From: Ascoidea asiatica JCM 7603
Lineage: Eukaryota > Fungi > Ascomycota
Direction: 5' to 3'
NCBI GenBank assembly: GCA_001600695.1
Contig: BCKQ01000014.1
Location: 319,939-353,508 of the forward strand
DNA length: 33,570 nucleotides
Of the stretch, positions 23,701 to 33,570 are shown piece after piece. The translations under genes and the position numbers were made by a program. The notes under the pieces were generated by a model. It saw only the letters and a list, made by a program, of their open reading frames with translations. It ran no database searches and was not told the DNA's origin. The stretch's first letter is position 1, and the number at the start of each line of letters is the position of its first letter.

Positions 23701-26535
23701 AATCTAAATTTTGAAAGGATTCGTATACGTTAAACATGCTTCAATAGCTAAAATGAATGAATTTGTTCCTTGATATTACATCTCTTGACGATAAACTACA
23801 ATTTTGGTTCCACTAGCGACATTAAAAAAAAAAAAAATTTGGCTAACTTCTGTATAGTACGGGAGTATAAATTATTTCAACTACTATTTTGTGCTTAAAG
23901 CTAAGTTTAATTAGCATTAATATTAATGAATTTATTGCCACATTAATAACACTATTATTGCTATATTGAGTTGCCACCGAATTAAAGTTATTTATAATAG
24001 TGGCAGTACTAATAGTAATAATAATTCAATAAAGAAATTATAGTACCCTGAAAACTTTTGGAACAAGCTAATTTAATTGTTTATTTAATACAGCTTGAAC
24101 CCCAACTTATGGATAAAAGGTTAATTTAATAGACAAGGGTTATGGAACCTAATTTAAAATTGCATTGGAAATGTTGTAACATGTACAAAACTATCGCCAG
24201 TTCTTACCCATTATAAGTTTTCATTGCTTTTCAATTAGACAAGACTGAACTGTATATCAATTTTACATTATAGCTAAATACTTTATTGAAGGCTTTGAAA
24301 CTATTTACATAATTTTTTTTTTTTTTGTAGGCATAGAAGAAAACTAATATGTATGTTAATTTAATTATTTGCTCAGTTGCGGAAATCAGTTGACACTATT
24401 GGGTTTAGTTTTTCAGCCTACAATCCCATTATAGAAACTTTTTGAGTGGTTTTGTTGGATTCGACATGGATTGAAATTAAAAATCTTAATTAGGAAATTT
24501 TCATATATATTTTGAGAAGGTTACAAACGTTTGGCTTTGATAACTTAACTTTTTAGCAGTACTTTTATGCGTTAGAAAAAAGAAAATACGCAAACAGAAA
24601 AAGAAAAGTTGCGTTTGGCAACAATAGATTTGATCCATGTAAGCTCGAACTAAGAGGAGGGAAAGAAACTAACAAAAACACAAATGTCGTAGAGACTAAG
24701 TAACAATTATTTTTTCCTGCGTAATTATCAAATCAAGGTAAATGTGTTAGGATAGGATTGTAACAATGGCAGAAAAAACTACTAAAGCAACTACATTTTT
24801 TAAGGAAAAACAACAAAGAACAAAACACAAGAAACTGTATATTAGTAAAACATAAACGCAATAGCCAAGAAAACAATTAATAAAACAATTAATAGAACAA
24901 TTTCTTATCTGGACCCATAAGCTGCAACATTTCTTTGGAAATGGAAACTTTCTATCATTAAACTATTTAAATTTCGGTTTGTTGCTTCTTACTTCTAAAT
25001 GTAGACGAGACCAACTTCGTACTGGCAAAACCATTGCATCTCTTTAATGTTACCAGAACACCTGTATTTGAAGCAATATAGATTAGGTGGCCGGAACAAT
25101 TAAGGAAATAGTTAAAATATCTATGAAACAGTTAATAAGAAAAAATAACTTTAAACTAAACCGTGTTTGAGAAGGCGTGATTCTAATATTACTACAGAAA
25201 ATGGCTTTCAGTTCTTGTAGGTTGTACAGCACGCTACTTCAATATTCAATCTTGAGCTATTACAAATTTTTCAAGCCAATTAAAAGTTCATTGATGTTGT
25301 GAAGAATGTGAAATTTTCAGCAAATTTAAAAAATTCTGAACTTGGAGCCAACAACCCCAATAATTTTCATGGAAGACACGAAAAAGATCAACTAGATTTA
25401 AAATAAAGGCATTAAAAAAGTTTTGATAAATATATAGTTTATAGTATGAAGTACTTACTGTCAGTGTGATAATAGTTACTATTTTTTCTATTTTTTTGTT
25501 TCGTGGAAAATAAAATATTCTGCTGCTACCCATGTTCTGTAATATTCATTTTAATTAAAGGTGAAAATAGAAATAGTATTTTTGGTTAAAGAAATAGAAC
25601 AGATAGGAATAAAATTTAACATTGGAATAAATTATTAACAGTTGCTTTTTAATATAAAAAACAAGATCATGTATGTAAGGATGAACAACGTATTCTATAA
25701 GATACAGCTAACCAAAAAATTTCGCTCAATATCAGATCTTCGAATGCTATATTACTTTTCGCATTGGATTTATAATTATTTTTGTAAAGCTATTGGTTGA
25801 ATGAAAATACAAACCTTGGAAACATTTTGCTAAAAATCCTTGGAATCCTCAGAATTCTAATATTTTAAATCTCAAGACGTGGGTGTAAACGGATGCATAT
25901 TTAAGTGCTATGTTCAAAATTCAAAAACATTTTTAGAAAGAAATAAAAAAGAGGAAATATCTCCAATATTCTTTAAATAAATTTGATAAAAATATTAATG
26001 TCGAAAGTATATGTTTTATTAAGCTACCTCTTTTCCATCCATTTCCCCCAAAGTTTATGATACAACATTGTAGCTGTCAGCAAAATTTGTTTTGTATGAA
26101 TTTCAATTAAAAAATATTTCAATGAAACTATTATAATGTACTTTAGTTATCCATCAAAAGACACACACTATTTGAATATGAAATTGATTATTTATTTCAA
26201 TATTCTGCTATTCCAAAATTATTTATATTATTATTATTTCATTTATTATCATAATAAAAAATTAGGAAAGATTTGTTCAATTTTATCAATATATAATAAG
26301 GGCATAAATGTTTTATAACTTTAGGTATTGTTATTTTAAATACTCCAACTATTATATGAGATTTTGTTATTAGTAACAAGTTCAGCTAGATATATAAACC
26401 ATTGCGAAAACATATTTCTCATATAAAGCTTTTTAGTCTACTTATATCGACGATAAATAATCAATCAATATCTGTTATAATTAACTAAATTCATTTCTCC
26501 TTCATATTAAATATGTTGGGAGTCTTGTGACATAC

Positions 26536-26790
26536 TAGGGGTGAACCGCTATATACTGCCAGAAAAACTAAATAGCACCCCAAAATGTTCCAAAATTTAC
26601 CAACAATTATCTCACGGCAATATTTTATTTGCCCCTCTTGAAACGGAATTCAATTTATCAATATTTCCCGAGTTTTTATTTTCGGGTATAAAGGAAGCCC
26701 ACATTTCCCACAGCCATTCCAGTTTCGGGTTAAAAGGAATTCGGGTCAAGAACCAAACCCGTTTCAAAACGTGGGATGTCCCGTAAATTA
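26536..26790 (+). mobile_element. Possible hAT-like transposon left end with subterminal repeats
   Basis: TAGGGGTGAACC at 26536-26547 sits at an AT-to-GC transition. TTCGGGT occurs at 26681, 26724 and 26740; AAACGG at 26641 and on the minus strand at ~26759-26764. No matching right end was seen, and the stretch could instead be a promoter. Confidence 0.3.
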
Positions 26791-27064
26791 ATCATACCTG
26801 TTTTCAATCAAGGACAGAAACTCACACATTACAACTATCCATAACGGTTTGTAACCTCAAGCATACATTTAGAGCCCTATGAAAAAAAAAGTAAAAACCA
26901 CCGAATAACAATCAAGGCTAAGTATTTCAAATTAAATTCCATTATTCCCACATTCATACTTCTTTACATATATAGTTCCTAATAAATAAAAATAAAAACA
27001 AATCCTAAAACGTGATTAGATAAAAACAACAATTAGCAATTTTCCTTCATTTAACTACATTTCC

Positions 27065-29625
27065 ATGAAACATAAAACACGGTAAGTATTTTTTTGAGAA
27101 ATTTTTAGTTTTAACTGACAAATAATTTTCCAGCTATCAAACAAGTAAGCTAAAATTAACAGTAATAAAAATCTCATTGCTTTTGTGCGCATACCCTGCT
27201 ACTGGTTGAAAAGTTAAATAACGGTTGGCGTAAGGGAGAGACGCAAAGGCTACGTTGGTGCAAATCAAACTTATTATTATATTTTATCAGCGAAACAAAT
27301 TTCATTTTAGTATTGGTTACAGGCACAACGTTGTAATATAATGTTTACAGTCAGCTGTCACACATGCAGCTATGATTTGTGGATCCAGCTACTGTCCCGG
27401 AAATTGCTGTAACGGCTACGGATTGAAGAGTTTCTGTTTTCAAAAAAAAAACAGAAAACATTAATACAATCGCGTATCTCTTAACACACCTGCCGCAACC
27501 TGCATTAGCGGTTTACGCCAGAAACACAAAAATGGATTTTATTGGGAACTAATCTCGATGTCCCTGGATAATGTCACGAACGAATGTCCAAGCCATAATT
27601 CTGTCATCCGAGATAGTCCAACTCCTGCACGCAGCTGATCTATTGATGTGGGTTCTCACATTAACAATATTCCGATCCTGTATCATAGTCAACACTGGCA
27701 GCACAACAATACAAACGGTGCTCATCCTTAGATGAAAAATCTATTTATAAATCAGGTTGCAAACCAAAATACACAATACAAAATAAACAAATGGATGGAA
27801 GTTAATTGCGATATTCTAAATCAGCTGGAATGGCTGACAGAAATCCTTCATGGTTTATCGCACACCATATACTTGATTCCAAAACAAATTCCTCCAGACC
27901 CACGCTTTCCCAAAACCGCTAATGATGAAATTCATTTTTTTTCTCGTGCTCTCTGTGAGAATTCGAAAAAATATGCGAGGTCATGTGTTAGAAGTACAAG
28001 GGTTTCCTCGTTAAATTGTTTTTGGCCGAGTCTTTTGACCGTTAGTTGTTTATAATAGACGACCAACACTGCCCAAATCGTATTCATAAACTTTGATGTA
28101 GTAGTTCCTTAAAAAACAAGAGTAATATTGTGATACTGGGTGCTCATCTTTTGTAAGAAAATAAAATGCTATTGACATTCGAACTTGTTTAGCTAAATTA
28201 GAAAGGCTTAGTCAAATGTTTCGTTTGAGGTATGTTATTACGGATGTCTTGTCGCTGAAGAAGAAGCCTTAAGTGAGTTTTTCTCTAACACTAAGCTTTA
28301 GTTTTGTAACTGAGATGTGCAAGAAGTTTGGAAAGAAAAACTTGAAACTTACCGGTCAGGTGTTTTAGTTCGAGTTCTTGTTAAATCAATGTATCCAAAG
28401 ACTAGGGAAGATGCACGGGAATTTGCTATAAGGCTATCACCGAAGCTAGTTCTGTTTGGGTACTGTCAAGAAAACATTATGTTAGGTCTATGTTAGCTTC
28501 TATTCACTTTTCGTCTTTGGAGTTTACAAGATACAGTAAATACCCTCTTCAAACATTATCCACTCAAGTTGCCAAAAATATGCACCCCAGCTCAAAAGTG
28601 TTTTTCTTGCAGGTATGTCAGAAAGGCCTCGACTGAGCAATTGGTTACAAAATTAAAAAAAACTCACGTGACAATTTATGAAAGAACAAAAGAAGGCTGC
28701 ACAACATCAAACTTACAAAGTAAATTATGGAACAAAAAAGCTGGCACTATATTCAAGCGTTTTCGGTTGTTGTTCAAAACAAAGTGGGCTGGAGACTGTG
28801 CATTCTGAAGCTAACATGGAGGCGGGAAGTGGCAGATAGCTGTAGCCCAGCCACATTGTCTAATGAATGTAACTTCGCCTTTTTGAGGCTTATCATCTAC
28901 CCTGCTGACATATGTTTTTTGCAGATATTTTAAACGGCTATAATTTCTTGGATTTCTCTGAATTTCAACATATTTTCAGAGAGTTAGGTATGCACGCTTA
29001 TCAGCTCTTTGAGCCGAGGATTGTAAGTCTTGCCGAACATAATGAAGACAGCGTATTTGATTCGGAAATTATTGAGTTCAACTGAACACTTGAAAACTGC
29101 CGTCATTTATTTTACAGTTGGCACAATGATTTGAACTATGGTCAATGTCAACAGTTAAATTCAGGTATTCAAGATTTAGTCAGATAATTTTAGTGGCGAT
29201 AGTGGTTTTATAGTTTTAATAAATATAACCTCCTTTAACATTTTTGCAAAGTTATTGGCTGAAAGCTGATCTCAGGACAATAATTAATTATGTTAGCGTT
29301 TTGAACCCTTACTAATACAACCTCCCACTCGAGCCTCTGTCGCGCAGGTGGAGGAGTTCCAAAAAATTAGATTTTCGGATATTTGTTGGTATCGTCTTTA
29401 CTTGTATATTCCATTCTTTTCTTATTATCGCATTGACTTGGTATGTAAAGTCACTGACGCGGTAACCCAACGCAGATGTTACCGCCAGAACCGAAATAGT
29501 CCTTTGACAATAGGAAATAGTCGAGTTTAAGTATTATACCTGGGAAAATGGCCTACATGGTGTAACAATCGTGAGATCCTAAGGTTCAGATCATGAACGA
29601 CTAGCAGTTACACCAGGTAAGGTTT
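27065..29625 (+). pseudogene. Decayed, apparently multi-intron coding relic of unrecognised family
   Basis: ATG at 27065; intron-like 27082-27133 (GTAAGT..CTGAC..CAG) and 28230-28301 (GTATGT..CTAAC..TAG); acceptor GCTGAC..TTTTTTGCAG ending 28924. Protein-like frames lie at 27732-28055, 28314-28493 and 28927-29187. Confidence 0.3.
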
Positions 29626-29732
29626 TTACTATAGGTTCTGATATTTTAATCATATATTGTATACAGTTTAATCTTTAACTGATTGCATTGTAATTAGAAT
29701 ATATATAATTGACCATAAAAGATAATCTTTAT

Positions 29733-30987
<1,255 letters not shown>

Positions 30988-31442
30988 TAATCAAAAAGTT
31001 CATGTTGGGAAACCGTTTATTTTATTGACCCGATGTTTAAGGTACCAAATGTTCTTGCGACCCATTTTTTCGTAAACCTTAAATTCGGTGTTTTTAATGG
31101 TCCTTGGTGTTGATAATAATTGGGATTTCAATATTTTCTGTTTTTTATCCGGTGACTTAGGATATATATTTGTTCCATTCATTTTTTTTAGAGACCGACA
31201 AAACTGCCAGTTTATAGCCAGGCCGCATCCTAGGGCAATTTTGCAGAAGCTTTTTTTTTTCTAACTGGCTTTCTAAGGGTATGTCAGTTAGGCTTCCACC
31301 TAAATGACGTCCTAAATTTTTACAAAAATAAAAGGACAAATTTCAGGTGTCCTCCCTTAAATCTGGGACAGAGAAAAAAATCAGTAAGTTTTAGTTTTGT
31401 GTATACCTGAATTTAACTGGAAAAAGTAACGACAGATAATAA

Positions 31443-31543
31443 ATAAGTGGAGCTTGAAGCTCCACTTGACTGGTAACAGGAGCTCTAAGTGTCTTCCACT
31501 TGTACCTGGAAGTCACGGGACTTCCACTTAAAGCTCCACTTAT
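31443..31543. repeat. 101-bp multi-palindromic element with 13-bp terminal inverted repeats
   Basis: ATAAGTGGAGCTT (31443-31455) and AAGCTCCACTTAT (31531-31543). Internal inverted repeats AAGTGGAGCTT-G-AAGCTCCACTT (31445-31467) and GGAAGTC-ACGG-GACTTCC (31508-31525). Five TCCACTT copies. Confidence 0.85.
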
Positions 31544-32313
31544 CAAAACATTAAATTGTGAAAAAATGCTCTACTGGGTTAAATTAATTTCTCTTAGTTT
31601 AAAAGTTTTTAAGGGTACTGAAGCATAATGAGCATAAACTAAATAGATTACTTAAACAAATTATGTTTTAATATATTTAAAATGGTAAATCTGAAACTAG
31701 ACAAATTCAAAAACATATAAAATAAAATAAATATAAGACAAAAACGGATATTTCTATATAGTTTTTAAATGAATATAAAAATAATTTTGGAAATTGTCTT
31801 ATCCAGTACGGGCCTTTTCAAAAACTGCTTAGCAACAATTAAGGTCTAGGCGCCACTTAAAATGATATATGTTTTACATCAAAGATAGTCGACCAATAGT
31901 ATACTAGTTAAACAAAACCTTATAGTTTCCATAATAGTCGAACAATCCATTTTAACTACCTATTAACTGCTTAGAAGTTTAAAATACTAAAGAACTTAGA
32001 GACCAAAAATTTTAAAAGAAAAAGCAAAAAACACAATCGCAAAAACAAAAACATTTTTAGCAATAAAAAACTTTGTTCAAAAAGCGACTATGCTATGTAG
32101 AGCAAACATTTAAAAACCTATTTTTGAAGATGGCTCTCTCAAGGCGTAACGATAGCTGCAACACCTACAACACATAGTAAAAAGATGTGCCGAATCTAAG
32201 AACCATAGTTTAGTTTTTGATCAAACACAAAAGTGAATTTGTGACACAAAATAAAAAGCAGCAACACTAGAGAAATAACGCGTTTGCAGATACATAATAG
32301 GGTGCCCGCCTAA

Positions 32314-32733
32314 AAACCAAAAGTAGGAAAAACTATTGACAACCAAGTATCACAAAGTTGTATCAAAAAGCTTCCGAAGTCAATCAGCCAGATTGAAAGG
32401 GTGACAACTGAAGCTATTGAAATCACATTGGTATACGATCTGTGAAATAATGCAATAGCTTTATTCTACGCTGAGATTAAAAAAGTGCTTGATCCTTTTT
32501 AGTTGCCGAATGAAAAGAAAACCTATTTAAGTATATCTCTATATGAGGAATCAGGTAACAGTTTAGGATGCAAAGTTGGTAAAATAAAATAAGATATGGC
32601 TATCAAAGAGGGTAACGTCAAAAACCGTCTGACCAAAAATATGTGTATACTTCGCAAACACTACTACCTTAAGAGTAACAAAAAAATATCAGTTGGAATT
32701 CTGTTATTTGTTTGTTTATATAAATGTGAGTAG
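32314..32733 (+). pseudogene. Decayed reading frame, possibly retroelement Gag-like
   Basis: 140 codons in one frame with only 3 internal stops: KPKVGKTIDNQVSQSCIKKLPKSISQIERVTTEAIEITLVYDL*NNAIALFYAEIKKVLDPF*LPNEKKTYLSISLYEESG.. The family assignment is a guess. Confidence 0.3.
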
Positions 32734-33570
32734 CTTCAAAAAAGAAAAACATTCATTGAAATTATAAATAGATATTTTTAAAAGTCAATCCTCACATAAT
32801 TAACAAGATGATATAAAAAGGAATTCAAAAAAAAGATATTTTAAGGTACTGCATTAAAATATCGAAATACTGAAATAGTGGACTATGTTGTTTACATACG
32901 TTTCGTCAACCTGAAAACAACATACACAATTCTATTTACAAAAATCAACTAGCTGATATTGTTTTGTCGAATTAAATTTGCTTCGTATTTATTTTAGTGA
33001 CCATTTACTTTTCGTTATATTCTTAGTTTTTAACTTTTAATTTAATGTGCCCACTAGGTATTACACCATACTTTCAACCTAGAAGAACTGTTATTAACGT
33101 GTATTATTGGTTCTAATATACTTTAATATACCTTATTTATTATTTCATAAATGATTACTTAATATATGTTTGAAACCTTGAATTGATTTAACTAGGTGCA
33201 AATGCGAGTTGTAGGGTTTTATTCTGAGCGACGGTGTTCAGGGTGACCAAAGACACTAAATTTGAACATGACATGCGTGGGCCCGTAAAGCGGCCGGCAC
33301 AATATTAAGGTTTTTTTGGGGATTGTACCATCACCTATATAACCTTTTAGGTTCCTAATTTTTAAGATTTGTTTTTACCTGTAAAGGACAATTCGCTTTG
33401 GAGATAATCAGGACACACTCAGCAAACATTAGGAAGAGCTATACAGCAGTATGTTTCACGAATAATAGGAGTTTCTGTTAAAATTGTTTTCATTTATTTT
33501 ACTTTTTCTTTTTTTGTGCTTTTACAGGCAATTATTATTTCTTTATTTTTATTTCTTTTAAGTTTAATTC

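Noticed and set aside
28302-29187. TGA read-through or an alternative genetic code in the relic frames
   Set aside because: Intact genes here (the PWWP gene, SSU1) end in TGA and the same relic frames use TGG for Trp; decay is the simpler explanation.
33275-33312. Helitron 3' end (GC hairpin plus CTRR)
   Set aside because: The hairpin is imperfect, no CTRR follows at the expected spacing, and no Rep/helicase motifs were seen.

Overview
AT-rich budding-yeast (Saccharomycotina) nuclear DNA with Asn-rich proteins; the species cannot be fixed from the sequence. The window has three zones. (1) 1-~2 kb: a decayed Ty1/copia pol remnant (RT plus RNase H). (2) 4.6-20.7 kb: a dense block of host genes: a Pdp3-like protein with three PWWP domains, a small Cys/His zinc-binding ORF, EMC2, RRI1/CSN5, SSU1 (with an intron and exon 1 missed by the ORF track), EMC4, POP7, VMA6 and RIM4. 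(3) 20.75-33.57 kb: about 13 kb with no intact recognisable gene. It holds a disrupted MKK1/MKK2 MAP kinase kinase copy on the minus strand (absent from the ORF track), embedded in less AT-rich sequence with hAT-like terminal and subterminal motifs, clustered splice signals, decayed reading frames and a ~100-bp multi-palindromic element. The best candidates for something new are the triple-PWWP protein and a possible host-gene-capturing, intron-containing mobile-element relic. All homology calls come from recognising motifs by eye; no searches were run.
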